A program made the position numbers and the translations under genes. The notes under the pieces are model-generated. The model saw only the letters and a list, made by a program, of their open reading frames with translations, was not told where the DNA came from and searched no databases. A DNA stretch of 64,000 nucleotides from an uncultured Chloroflexia bacterium (lineage in GTDB: Bacteria; Chloroflexota; Limnocylindria; Limnocylindrales; CSP1-4): positions 256,001-320,000 of the forward strand of contig CAWFXA010000002.1 of NCBI GenBank assembly GCA_963819655.1, given 5' to 3'. How positions within the stretch are numbered: the first letter of the stretch is position 1; every line of letters begins with the position of its first letter. Positions 20,775 to 31,155 of this stretch are shown piece after piece.

Positions 20775-21743
20775 TCAGACGGTGCGGAGGAAGAACGTCG
20801 CCTGATCGCCCTTTTCCGCCCGGTTCAGCGCATCGGCCTCGCGCTTCCAGGCTGCGACTTGGTTGCGGCCGAAGATAGGGCTCGTGCCGCCGTGAGGTGG
20901 GTCCACGCTGCGCGGATCGGAGAGCGGGATGTCCATGCGGTACTGCTCGCTGCCCCAGAACTGAAGCGCGGTCGAGTCGTACTTCGTCCCGACAACGTCG
21001 AAACCGCACGCGCGCGCGAGCTTGGTGAAGCTTGTCGGCGTGTGGAGGTAGTAGTGACGGGGCGGGTCAAGCTGAACCCAGTGTTCCCGGTAGCGCCGAA
21101 AGGCTTCGGCGCGAGCGGTAGCCGCACGCACAGCTGGGTTTTCGGCCGGCAAGCGAGCGGAGCTCGCCGAGCACGCGGCGTTGCTCCCGGCATGTGCTCG
21201 AGGCTGTGGCTCAAAAGGATGAAGTCCGGCTGTCGCTCGACCTCGTCGAGCTTCCTTCTGATCACGAAGCCCGATTGGCGTCGCAAGGCGTCACTCGCGA
21301 ACGGATCGACCCCTTCGAGCTTCGTGAAGCCGTCGCGCCAAAGCATGGATAAGAGAAGCCCATTTCCGCAGCCCACGTCCAGGATGGCGCTCTGAATCCC
21401 ATCCGGGCGAACTTCAGCCAGTCGTAGCACTGGCCGAGCCGAGCAGCCTTACGAGCGCGAGCCCGAGCGGGTCCTCTGGCCGAGGGCGTAAGCCGCGCGC
21501 TTTTTCTGAGCCAGCGCTGACGCGCTCGAAGGAGCTCCGACGGGGCAGGACGAGTCAAGGAATAGTAGTCGCTCGGTGCAGTCAGCTCGCGATGTTCGAC
21601 GGGTACTCGGCGATCTGCACGCAACCGCAGCTCGGACATTCGAGGTACTCGAACATGTCACGGCGGCCGAACATCATCTCCCGCGCCACGATGGGCGGAC
21701 CGCTGATGCCAGCCCCGCAGATGCGGCAGGATTTCGTGCTCAT
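20775..21743 (-). CDS. Class I SAM methyltransferase with N-terminal Zn ribbon (frameshifted)
   Basis: MSTKSCRICG..ECPSCG, ILDVGCGNG, GVDPF, HSLEHMP, WVQLDPPRH across three frames. Confidence 0.8.
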
Positions 21744-21854
21744 GGACAAGGCGTCGGCAGTGATTGCTCGGATTGTAGGCGCCCGCTTGATACGTCTACG
21801 TCGCCTTGAAAGTCAAGTCCCCGTGCGGCATGAGAGGCCGGGGGATAGCTCCTC

Positions 21855-23624
21855 TTACGGGAGATGCCGGAAGATCCGACCGTCGCCGCCTCGGAATGGG
21901 ATGGGTTCGCCGAAGGCGAACGTCTGGCCCGACTCCACATCGAGCAGGCGACCGGACAACGAACTGGTGAGCGTCACGTCGCGCGCAGCGCACGACGTAT
22001 TCGCTGTGACGACGTATCGCACGCCGGTTGCGTCGGTCATGGTGCTGGCGTAATTCGCACCGGCGAACACCTGATCGGCCTGCTTCGTGAAGCTCGGCAA
22101 GGCCGCGGTCCTGCTAGCGACGTCGCCGACCTCGGCATAGAGGGCGGGTTGATCGCGCAGCCCCAGCCAACCTTGCTGGCTCGAGTAGATGAACCACCAT
22201 ATCCCTTGCGCGCCTTCGCCGAGCGCGATCCAGTTCTGGAGGCGAACCTCCTCGGCGCTCGGATACCTGAGCTTCGTGCCGACCGGACCGAACGTCGTTT
22301 GGTGGGTCTGGAGAACGAGCCAGAGCGGAACGCTCGCCGGTTTCGTGCGCGTCGTGTAGCGGATCTCGTCAACGAATGTTCGCGCCCATGAGCAGGGTGT
22401 CGTTGTCTCGTCGGCAGGGTAGTTGTACGTCAGGAACGCATCGGGCCGCACATAATCGAAGACCTGCTGGCCAAAATCGCTCTCGACCATCATCGGGGAG
22501 GCCGGCCGCCCTGGATCGCGCTCACGGAAGACCTCCACGGCCAGGCGCATCAGCTCGTTCTTGTCCGGCGTCGCGTCATCGACCAGGTTGTAGCCACGGA
22601 TGCTTGGGTGGACCTTGAGTTCGTCCACCATCGGCCCGATGATTTGTCGAGCCGTTGTGATGTTCGGAGTCGCCGCAAGGTTCCACCATCGCTCGTAGAG
22701 GTCGCCCATCATCCAGGACGCGTAGACAGGGAAGTCTTGGGCATCGGAGACGTCGGCCAGAGGAAGCTGATGGAGGAAGCCGTTCGTGAACATCACCGAC
22801 GGGATGTTGCGCAAGCGCAGGTCGGTGATCATCGCAGCCATCGCGCTCGCGCTGCCGACCATCCCAGCGTCCTCGAATACGCCGTACGCGATCGGTGTGC
22901 CTGACGGTGCGGCCGGCATCGGCTTGGACGTAGGCGTGAGCGTCGGGTGCGGCGTCGGATCCATCGCCGGCATCGGTGCGGCGCTCGGCGCAGACAGGGC
23001 GCTCGGCGCTGGCTGGGTCGTAGGCTGAACAGGAGGCTGGTCCCGGACACTTCGAACCACGATGGCGTCAATCGCTACCATCGCATGGCCTTTGGTCCCC
23101 ATCACCACGATGGTGAGCCGTCGGGCCCTGACGCTGCCGAATGTGGCCTTGAACAGCACTCGAGTCGGTCGGAAAACCGATGAGTAGGTATCGACGGTCT
23201 TCGCGTACTTGCCGTCGATGTACACCTTGGCCTTGCCTCGAGTCGGCCCCACAGGTCCGATCCAAGCAACGCCGTCGCCGCTGAATTGGAATGTGGCTCG
23301 CGCGAGCGCGTCACGCGAGGATCTCGCCTTACTACCCATGTAGCGCGGATATCTCGCAATGGTCCAACGTCCACGGTACGAGAAGCGGGCGCTACCTTCT
23401 TGATACGTCCTGACCGTTCCAGACTCCGACCAATTCGAGACCAGGGTCGAGACGGGTGGCGGAGTGCCCGCCAAAGTCTGCTCGTTCGGCACGACGAGAC
23501 CGACAAGGGCGATAGCCATCACGCCAGTGGCAAACCAGTCCCGAATCCGCCGACGAGGCTTCGAAGGCGGTACCTGAGCCTCGAAGACCCAATCCCTGCG
23601 GTCGGCGATCCGGACGTTTCTCAA
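21855..23624 (-). CDS. Secreted protein: galactose-binding-like domain + Pro/Thr linker + glycoside-hydrolase-like TIM barrel
   Basis: Signal ATGVMAIALVGLVV; GPTRGKAKVYIDG..VAIDAIVV domain; HPSIRGYNLVDD, PLWLVLQ, WIALGEGAQGIWWF. Confidence 0.65.
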   Translation of the reverse strand: MRNVRIADRRDWVFEAQVPPSKPRRRIRDWFATGVMAIALVGLVVPNEQTLAGTPPPVSTLVSNWSESGTVRTYQEGSARFSYRGRWTIARYPRYMGSKARSSRDALARATFQFSGDGVAWIGPVGPTRGKAKVYIDGKYAKTVDTYSSVFRPTRVLFKATFGSVRARRLTIVVMGTKGHAMVAIDAIVVRSVRDQPPVQPTTQPAPSALSAPSAAPMPAMDPTPHPTLTPTSKPMPAAPSGTPIAYGVFEDAGMVGSASAMAAMITDLRLRNIPSVMFTNGFLHQLPLADVSDAQDFPVYASWMMGDLYERWWNLAATPNITTARQIIGPMVDELKVHPSIRGYNLVDDATPDKNELMRLAVEVFRERDPGRPASPMMVESDFGQQVFDYVRPDAFLTYNYPADETTTPCSWARTFVDEIRYTTRTKPASVPLWLVLQTHQTTFGPVGTKLRYPSAEEVRLQNWIALGEGAQGIWWFIYSSQQGWLGLRDQPALYAEVGDVASRTAALPSFTKQADQVFAGANYASTMTDATGVRYVVTANTSCAARDVTLTSSLSGRLLDVESGQTFAFGEPIPFRGGDGRIFRHLP

Positions 23625-23723
23625 TTGCGATCGATCTCCTAGCTGGCTGTCTGCTCAGCGGAGCACGTCGATGCGCATCGCTGGGAGCGTGGCGGGGCGC
23701 GGCGCCTCGAGAGCGATGCGACG

Positions 23724-23786
23724 TCGGCAACCGGCTGACTCAGTGGGCCGGTAGCGCTGCCGCCTGCCTCGCGACCGGCGTGCTGG
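23724..23786 (-). ncRNA. Candidate c-di-GMP-I (GEMM-I) riboswitch, degenerate
   Basis: Minus strand AGCACG-CCGGUC-GCGA-GGCAGG-CGGCAGC-GCUACCGGCCCACUGAGUCAGCCGGUUGCCG resembles the GEMM-I layout and 3' end; ~100 nt upstream of the start at 23624. Confidence 0.4.
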
Positions 23787-23949
23787 TAGGTAAGCGGCCG
23801 ATCGAGCAGGTGATCCGAGCCTGCGATCCACCTTGAGGCATGGAATGTATGCAGCGCAATGGTGATTTCGTCCCGCCATGGACGAACGTCCCAACCACAG
23901 GACCTGCGATCTTCGTGGCTATGACATCGCCCCGGGGCTTGGATGGAGA

Positions 23950-24743
23950 GGTGCAGCGCCCCTCCTGGTGCTTGCTACGACGGCTGCCACCGTGCGCGCG
24001 GGCGATCGCTCCGAGCATCAGCCCTTAGCGCACGAACACGGAACGTGCCTATGATCTCCAGCGGAACATCCTGTGGCACCAGAGACGGGTCGACCAGCGA
24101 CAAGTCGCGACATGGAATTTTGGTGGCGTTACACAGGGACGCCGCCGAGGCGGATGGTCCGCCTCCCATTGGGCGTGGACACGCAGCTTTTCAGACGCAG
24201 GCGTCCGTCCCGCCTACCGCCCGGCACGGAGACTGCGACGCAGCTCATCGCGGTGGGCCGGTTCGATCCGGAGAACGATCTCCACATCGCCCTGGAGGCC
24301 GTGGCAAAGGTACGCGCGGGTTTTCGTGATGAACTCGTCCTTAGTATCGTGGGTGATCGGCCACTACTTTCGGCGCTTCGGCAACAGGCGCGTGGACTCG
24401 AGATCGATGACGCCTTGATCTGGCACGGAGAAGTGCCAGATGGGAGACCTGGTCCGCCTGTATTCCGCTTCCGAATTGATGCTGATGCCCAGACAGAGCG
24501 GCGCGCCGCCGCGCGTCGTGGGCGAGGCGATGGCGTGTGGTCTCCCGATGGACGATTACGTTGAGCATGGAGAAAACGGGACTGCTCGCGCCACCAGGTG
24601 ACATTCCCGCCTTCGTCGAGAACCCGAGGCACCTCCTCCTGGATGATCGGAAGCGAGTTCGCACTGGCGTCCCGGGCCAGACGCCATGCGGAGGCAGTCT
24701 GTCATGGGACGTGGTTGCGCGTCGGCTATCCAGCGAGGTCTAG
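23950..24743 (+). pseudogene. Decayed GT4 glycosyltransferase
   Basis: LPLGVDTQLF, IAVGRFDPE, LSIVGD.PL, VVGEAMACGLP, VEHGENG spread over several frames; no intact N-terminus, internal deletion after ACGLP. Confidence 0.65.
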
Positions 24744-25124
24744 GGAGCGTTGGACCGCGCTTATGGCCACCTTCGATGACGAGATCGACCTACCGATCCA
24801 ATTGTTCATCCTATGGCTGGCCGACTCGTGCCGGCTGGTGACGCGGGACTCCCAGCCGTCGGGTGACGGTCTCGGGGCAACGTCCCTGCGTACCCGCCCT
24901 TTGCGTGCGGCCAGTCACTTTCGAGTGAGTTCGTGGTGCCTGATGGACGGCAATGACAATGGTCCGGCCAGAAATTCGTCGAGGTTCAGGGCGCCTCGAC
25001 GCGCCGGCTTTGCGCTGGCGGTGGTCGCTTGAGCGCTACCGTTGTGCTCGGCCAAGACCGAGCATCAGCATACTTCGGCCCGCTGATTCCGGTGAATTCT
25101 GCCGTGACCGGTTGCAGGCGAGCG

Positions 25125-27062
25125 TTATCGGGCGTGCGCCAAGCGCCGAAGCCCGTCCGCCCAGAGGTGGAGCATGAGCAGCGTCCACACCTGCGTCACC
25201 CACCGCCCTTCGCTGAGGGCCGCGTCATGGGAGGTGACGCTCGCGACAGCGTCTGGGTCGACGAGGCCGTCGTCCCGCACGCGATCCCGATCCAAGCTCT
25301 CCGCGACAAGTGGGCGTAAGGGGCCGCTCAACCAAGCGGCCATCGGAGCGGCGAACGGACGCTTCGGGCGCTCGAGTATGAACGCCGGGACGTCGCTCGC
25401 GAACGCCGACTTCAGCAGGTTCTTGGGGCGACCATAGGGCGCTCTCGTCTGGTACGGCAACGCGAGCGCGAGGTCGACAACCTCGTTGTCCTGGAACGGG
25501 ACACGCGCCTCGATCGAATTGAGCATCGTCATGCGGTCGACACGCTGGTTGAAGTGGTCTCGGACCCACAGGAGCAGGTCTAGCAGGGCGATCCGTTCGC
25601 CTAGATGTCCGGGGGGCACTCCGTCGAGTAGGCTCTCGACGAGACGCGTCGCATTCATGGGACGCTGTGTGGCGTCCGCACCGATCAACCGCATCCGCTG
25701 GGGCCCGGGAAAGATGCCGTGGGTCGAGACGTAGCGATCGCCATCCGAGGCACCCACCACGCCGAGCAGGTTTTCGGCGTGCTTCCCAATCCGACTAGAG
25801 GATGGCGACAGTCGCGCTACCGCCCGGGCGGCTTCACGCAAAAGCGGGAGCCTCTCGTACTTCGCCTGGCGCCATGCCGCCGCATGCCACGGATACCCGA
25901 GAAATAGCTCGTCGCCGCCATCGCCGGTCAGCAGAACCTTGATCCCGCCCTGCGCGGCAAGCCGGCTGATCGCGTGGATGCTGACGAACGAGGCCTCCCA
26001 TACCGGTTCGTCGAGGCCGACCGCGAGCATTCTCACAAGCCCGCGCAGGTCGGTGTCGTCGTCGATCACCACCTCGTGGTGTCGCGAACCCAAGTGTTGC
26101 GACAGCCGACGGGCATAGTCCGCGTCGAGGTTGAGGTCGGAGCCGGGACCGATCCGCAACGCCTCAGACCGGAACGCGACGGTGAAAGTGTTCAGCGGCT
26201 GCGTGGCCGCCGCCGCCGCGGAGACGGCAACGATGGCTGAATCGACCCCCCCGCTCAGGAGGACACCGACGGGCACGTCGCTCCGCATCTGACGGACGAC
26301 GGCAGCGCGGAGCGTCGCACGGACGGCCTCCTTGGCCCATCCGGGATCGCCTGGGTGGCCATCCACCGGCGTTGCCGAGTGCGGACGCCAGAACTCCGAG
26401 AGCTGGAGGTCGCCCGTCGAGTCGATCGTCAGCCAACTGCCCGGCTGAAGCTTGCGAACGTCCTTGACGAGGCTGTACGGGGCGGGGACGAACCCGAACG
26501 TCAGGAATAGGTCCAAGGCCTCACGATCGATCTGGAATGGCACCCCGGCCTCACGGACTAGGGTTCGGAGCTCCGACGAGAAGACGAGGCGGCTGCCGTC
26601 CCATGTGTAGTACAGGGGCTTGATTCCCATGCGGTCGCGGGCGAGAACGACACGGCCTCTGTCGGGATCCACGATCGCGAAGGCGAACATGCCATTTAGC
26701 TCCGAGAAGCTCTCGATGCCTCGGTCCCGATAGGCGTTCAGGACGGTCTCCGTGTCTGTTCGCGACCGAAACCCGAACCCGCGAGCAATGAGCACGCGGC
26801 GCAGCTCGGGCTCGTTGTACAACTCGCCGTTGTATGCGACGCAATATCGCCCGTCGTCGGAATGCAGCGGCTGGTCGCCGGCCGAGCTCAGGTCCAGGAT
26901 CGCCAGCCGCCTGCTCGATATAGCGACCTCGAGTGAACCAAGGTCATGACGGTGCGTGTCGCCCTGATCGGGCCCTCGGTGCACCAGGGATGCGCCCATT
27001 CGCTCCGCGAGTCGTACGTCGGCGGCACCGCCACATTGGACGATGCCGGCGAAGCCGCACAT
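25125..27062 (-). CDS. asnB: Asparagine synthase (glutamine-hydrolysing) family amidotransferase
   Basis: MCGFAG, HRGPD, RRLAILD, YNGELYN, RDRMGIKPLYY, LSGGVDS, LTGDGGDELF, EARVPF. Confidence 0.9.
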   Translation of the reverse strand: MCGFAGIVQCGGAADVRLAERMGASLVHRGPDQGDTHRHDLGSLEVAISSRRLAILDLSSAGDQPLHSDDGRYCVAYNGELYNEPELRRVLIARGFGFRSRTDTETVLNAYRDRGIESFSELNGMFAFAIVDPDRGRVVLARDRMGIKPLYYTWDGSRLVFSSELRTLVREAGVPFQIDREALDLFLTFGFVPAPYSLVKDVRKLQPGSWLTIDSTGDLQLSEFWRPHSATPVDGHPGDPGWAKEAVRATLRAAVVRQMRSDVPVGVLLSGGVDSAIVAVSAAAAATQPLNTFTVAFRSEALRIGPGSDLNLDADYARRLSQHLGSRHHEVVIDDDTDLRGLVRMLAVGLDEPVWEASFVSIHAISRLAAQGGIKVLLTGDGGDELFLGYPWHAAAWRQAKYERLPLLREAARAVARLSPSSSRIGKHAENLLGVVGASDGDRYVSTHGIFPGPQRMRLIGADATQRPMNATRLVESLLDGVPPGHLGERIALLDLLLWVRDHFNQRVDRMTMLNSIEARVPFQDNEVVDLALALPYQTRAPYGRPKNLLKSAFASDVPAFILERPKRPFAAPMAAWLSGPLRPLVAESLDRDRVRDDGLVDPDAVASVTSHDAALSEGRWVTQVWTLLMLHLWADGLRRLAHAR

Positions 27063-27568
27063 CAATGTCGCCCGTCCGAGGCGAGGCTCGGCACGGTTCG
27101 ATGGTGTTCGTCTCCCGCCTTCGTGTTAGCGTCATGGCCCGTGAGACTATCCGCGGACGTGGGACGTTGCCCGCCGGTCCTAGCTGACCGGCGAATCGCC
27201 GTCCCAGACCTCGCGGCGGTCGTTGGGTCGGCGATCATCAGCGCGACGCAGCTCGCGTCCACGTCCGTCTTCGCCCCGGCCGGCACCTCTCTCTTCTCCG
27301 GACGCCATGGATCCAGGAGTTCAGGCTTGCCATGTTCGGGACGGCCGTAGGACTCCTGTGCATCAAACGGCCGGAATATGGACGATCAACAGACCAACCG
27401 AGAATTGCATCGCCCGCAGGCGAACGTCCTGATATGTGCACCCTGGCACCAGCTGTTTCTCACCGACGTCATTCCCGAGGCGCGGATTAGGTACAAAGGA
27501 CCGATGTGCCGGCCAGCGATGCCGCGGCTACGCGGCGGTAAATCGCGCGTCCGCGACGCGAAGATCAA

Positions 27569-28849
27569 TTGAGCGGCGGTAGTAGACGGCCACAAGCGGC
27601 GGCATTCGTCTCGCTCGGGGTCGCACACATCATCGGTTCCGCCATCTTTGCCTTCACGAGCTTGTACCTCGCGCGCTCATTGATCCCGCACGAGTATGGA
27701 CGCTTCGCGTTCGGACTAAGCGTTCAGACGTTACTCGTCATCGGAGTAGGACTCGGCTTGACCACGGCAGTTACCGCCGCCGTCGCCCGAGCACGGGTCG
27801 AGGACACCGAGACGTGGCCCGTCGTGACCGCGCTACTGGCCATCCGGGTCGCATCGGTCGTGACGGCTGGCATCGGCGCTGCGTTATGGGCAGGCCTGAC
27901 CTCCGAAGTGATCCCCTTCCTCGCCGGCCTCGCCGCAGGCACTTTCCTTTTATTGGACTTCCTGGTTGGGATCATGAAAGGCCAACTCAAGGCCCGATCG
28001 GTGGCATTCGTCGCGATAGCCCAGCCAGTGTGCTTTCTCACGATCGTGGTATTGGCCCAACCCGATGATGCCGTGGCGGCACTCGGAGCCTTTCTTGGCG
28101 GCAGCGCGGTGGCTCTTCTCAGTGCGACCGCGCTCACCAGCGGCACCATGCATCGTTGGGCCCGCGTCGGTGTGAGGGTGCGGCCCGAACTGCGGCAGGT
28201 CGGAAGCCTTGCTGGCTACGCGTATGTCCTGACGTTTCTGCAGTTGGGGTACAGCATCCTCCCGATAGTGCTGCTCGGGCTAAATGGCAGGTATGAGGAG
28301 GCCGCCTCGCTGTCCGTGCTGATGGCGCTCGTGCGTTTCCTCCCCGATGGGATCGCGGCGGCTCTGAGCGCCGACTACTTTCCGAGGCTGCACGCGAACC
28401 GCGACCGGCGAGTGCGTAATCGTCTTTTCCGCAGGTACCTTCTTGTGATCCTGGCATGCACACTGACTGCCGGCGGCGTCCTAGCCGTCTTCGGCCAGCC
28501 CCTGTTAAGCGTGCTGTTCTCAGGTCGGTACGACCACCTTGGCGAGTACCTCCCGATGGCGGCCCTCCTTATCATCGGTCTTCCCATCGAGGCGCAGCTC
28601 GTGTGGACCCTCTTGTCCGATGGTCTTGGGCGCATCGCAGTGGCGGCGCTGACCACGCGCCTGCTGCTGGTCCTTGCAGGGGCGACCATCTTCGTTTGGT
28701 CCGCGCCAGATGCGTCGTTCTTGCTGCTGATCCTTGCGCCAGTAGCAGCGACAGGGGTGAGTCTCGTCATGCAGGGTGGCGCGCTCGCAATGTTCGAGAT
28801 GGCCGAGCAGCGGGCTGCTAGGCGGTTAGCGGCGTCAGGAGCCAAATGA
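27569..28849 (+). CDS. Wzx-like oligosaccharide flippase
   Basis: YLARSL.PHEYG, GLGLTTAV, about 12 TM segments, LFSGRY. Confidence 0.75.
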   Translation: MSGGSRRPQAAAFVSLGVAHIIGSAIFAFTSLYLARSLIPHEYGRFAFGLSVQTLLVIGVGLGLTTAVTAAVARARVEDTETWPVVTALLAIRVASVVTAGIGAALWAGLTSEVIPFLAGLAAGTFLLLDFLVGIMKGQLKARSVAFVAIAQPVCFLTIVVLAQPDDAVAALGAFLGGSAVALLSATALTSGTMHRWARVGVRVRPELRQVGSLAGYAYVLTFLQLGYSILPIVLLGLNGRYEEAASLSVLMALVRFLPDGIAAALSADYFPRLHANRDRRVRNRLFRRYLLVILACTLTAGGVLAVFGQPLLSVLFSGRYDHLGEYLPMAALLIIGLPIEAQLVWTLLSDGLGRIAVAALTTRLLLVLAGATIFVWSAPDASFLLLILAPVAATGVSLVMQGGALAMFEMAEQRAARRLAASGAK

Positions 28850-30022
28850 TCGATCTGTTGATGCCGACGCGCGACGATAGACCTCGATCGTCCTGTCGAC
28901 GGTGAGGGGCCAGGCGAACCTCATCGACCGCTCTCGACCCCGTCGTCCACGTTCCTGTGCGGCAGCGGGGTCCGAGAGGAGGTCCATGGCAGCGGTGGCG
29001 AGACCTGATGCGTCGCGAGCTTCAACGACGGTCGCGGCATCGCCGGTCACTTCGATGAGTGCCGGGGCACTGCTGATGACAACCGGCCTGGCACAGGCCA
29101 GTGCCTCGAGTGCCGGTAGACCGAAGCCTTCGTACAGAGACGGGATGAGCACGACGTCGGCAAGGTTGTAGAAACTCGGCAGATCCGCTTCAGGAACGTC
29201 GTCGATGAATCGGATCGCATCTGCGATCCCGAGGTCGTTCGCCAGTTGGCGCATCCCCAGTCGCCTGAAAGGGACGGAACTGGGCCCCACCTTGAGCAAC
29301 ACGACCTCCGGTACGACTTGGCGGATGATCGGCAGCGCGCGCCAGATCGTCTCGAGGTTCTTTCGGGGCTCGTCATTGCCGACGTAGACGAGAAAGGGCC
29401 GGCCATCGGGCAAGGCATATCGCTCGCGGAACGCTTGCGGTACCTGAAATGGGCGGAACTGCGTGTGATCCACGCCCAGAGGCGTCACCGTGATCCGTTC
29501 CTCAGGCAGACCGGCGGATTCGATGAGCGTCCGCCTTGTCCATTCAGAGACCGACAGGATCTGGTCGACGTTGGCCAGCGCATGGATGGCTTCCGAATCG
29601 AACCATCTGTGGATGCGATGTCCATAGCCGCTGAGCCCTGGTGAGTCTCGGAAGAGGAACGGGCCGATGTCGTGGACCGTCACGATCGTCGGTCCTGGGG
29701 GCGGTGACACGACCAGCGCTGCGGCGTAGGTATGCCCGGTCAGGTGATACACGTCCGCCGGGGGCCACGCCAAGCGAACGGGGTACCGGCTCAGGAAGGT
29801 GTTGAGGTCCGCGCCTACATGGCGAGCTGCGTCCAGGACCCGAGACAGGGCACCTCGCGGAGTGGTTTCCAGTCGGACAACATTGACGCCCCGTGGGCCC
29901 AGGCCCGCGTCGAGGCGATCGACGTATCGCCTAACCCCCGATCCGCCCGCCTCCTCGCGGGCGACCAGACAGACGGTCAACGACAGCGATTTGTTGGTGT
30001 CCGAATCGATCGCGTCTACCAC
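28835..30022 (-). CDS. Glycosyltransferase family 4
   Basis: SGVRRY, VTVHDI, VGNDEPRKNL, PSLYEGFGLPALEALAC. Confidence 0.9.
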   Translation of the reverse strand: MVDAIDSDTNKSLSLTVCLVAREEAGGSGVRRYVDRLDAGLGPRGVNVVRLETTPRGALSRVLDAARHVGADLNTFLSRYPVRLAWPPADVYHLTGHTYAAALVVSPPPGPTIVTVHDIGPFLFRDSPGLSGYGHRIHRWFDSEAIHALANVDQILSVSEWTRRTLIESAGLPEERITVTPLGVDHTQFRPFQVPQAFRERYALPDGRPFLVYVGNDEPRKNLETIWRALPIIRQVVPEVVLLKVGPSSVPFRRLGMRQLANDLGIADAIRFIDDVPEADLPSFYNLADVVLIPSLYEGFGLPALEALACARPVVISSAPALIEVTGDAATVVEARDASGLATAAMDLLSDPAAAQERGRRGRERSMRFAWPLTVDRTIEVYRRASASTDRSFGS

Positions 30023-31155
30023 CGCGACCGGCCGTCCTCTGACACTGAATCCACCGCTGCGAGGAGGATCGAGACTTGATCGAGCAGGACGAAGACCGGG
30101 ATTGTGACAACGACCCGCCCGGATAGCGTCGTACCTGTTACGCGTGCGCCCACCCAAAGGCGACGTACTCGATTCATGGTGGTGATCCCAGCGGCGGTCA
30201 AGGGGGCCACGAGGGCACGCGGGCCGAACATCACGGCGAGCGCCGGTCCGATCAGGATCGTCGCGGCGATGACAACCGCAAAGACGGTGATCGCCATCTC
30301 ACGCCACGCACCGAATCGTGGGCCATGTATCAACAAATTCTTGACCCAGCGTCGATTCGCTCCTAGGTAGCTGCCAGAATCGGTCGGGTACCTCGTCATG
30401 ATTAGGCTGTCTGGCACCAGATGGATCGAGTTGCCAGCCGCCGCCAACGTGTGGCCGAGTACGTAATCCGTGCCAGTGCGGGCCGGAGCATCTAGCGCGA
30501 ATGACGACTCAACGGTTCGCCGCAGCGCGGCGCAGTTCCTCCCGAGCACGCTGGACGTGAGCGTCCGTCCACTCGGACGCGAGCCTGAAATACTCAACCA
30601 TTGGGACAGGACGAATGGATCTCGGCGCTGCTCAGGCAGCGGCTCGTCGAACCCCGTTGTGACCGCGGCGCCCCTCGTCAACGGCTCGATCAACCGCTCG
30701 AACGGCTGATCGGCCAGCAAGCAGTCCGCATCGGTCAGGACCAGGACTTCCCCGGTCGCAGCGGCAAGACAGCGTCGAAGGGCCCCTTGCTTTCCGTCGC
30801 CGGGCTCCTGGGCAATGACGATCACGCGATCTCCCGCCCAAGGACTCGCTAGATCGTACGTACCGTCCGCACCACCCGCGCAGATGACCATCTGCAGGTC
30901 CGGATAGGTCAACTTCGCGAAGCTCGCAAGATGCCGTTCGATGATGGAGGCTTCGTTCCACGCGGCCACGAGGACGCTGACCGAGGGGCTTGCCGCCCAT
31001 CGACTCGCTCGTTCCAAAGGCTCGTCGTTGAGCGGTTCGGGTCCGAGCCTGGATGCATCGCGCCAGGCTTGCCAATTGCGCACTGCTGCTACAGAGAGTA
31101 GGACCAGCGCACCGATGACCGAGAGGCGGCCGGAGGAAGACCGGAGCCGTTTCAC
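30016..31155 (-). CDS. Membrane-anchored glycosyltransferase family 2
   Basis: N-terminal TM, SVLVAAWNE, GKQGAL, LTDAD, RRW motif, C-terminal TMs. Confidence 0.85.
   Translation of the reverse strand: MKRLRSSSGRLSVIGALVLLSVAAVRNWQAWRDASRLGPEPLNDEPLERASRWAASPSVSVLVAAWNEASIIERHLASFAKLTYPDLQMVICAGGADGTYDLASPWAGDRVIVIAQEPGDGKQGALRRCLAAATGEVLVLTDADCLLADQPFERLIEPLTRGAAVTTGFDEPLPEQRRDPFVLSQWLSISGSRPSGRTLTSSVLGRNCAALRRTVESSFALDAPARTGTDYVLGHTLAAAGNSIHLVPDSLIMTRYPTDSGSYLGANRRWVKNLLIHGPRFGAWREMAITVFAVVIAATILIGPALAVMFGPRALVAPLTAAGITTMNRVRRLWVGARVTGTTLSGRVVVTIPVFVLLDQVSILLAAVDSVSEDGRSRW

Noticed and set aside
25125-27062. AsnB as a lasso-peptide cyclase, with the 75-aa protein and CPBP as a RiPP system
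   Set aside because: Intact N-terminal Cys glutaminase domain, no B1/B2 proteins and no lasso-like precursor; the glycan context favours sugar amidation
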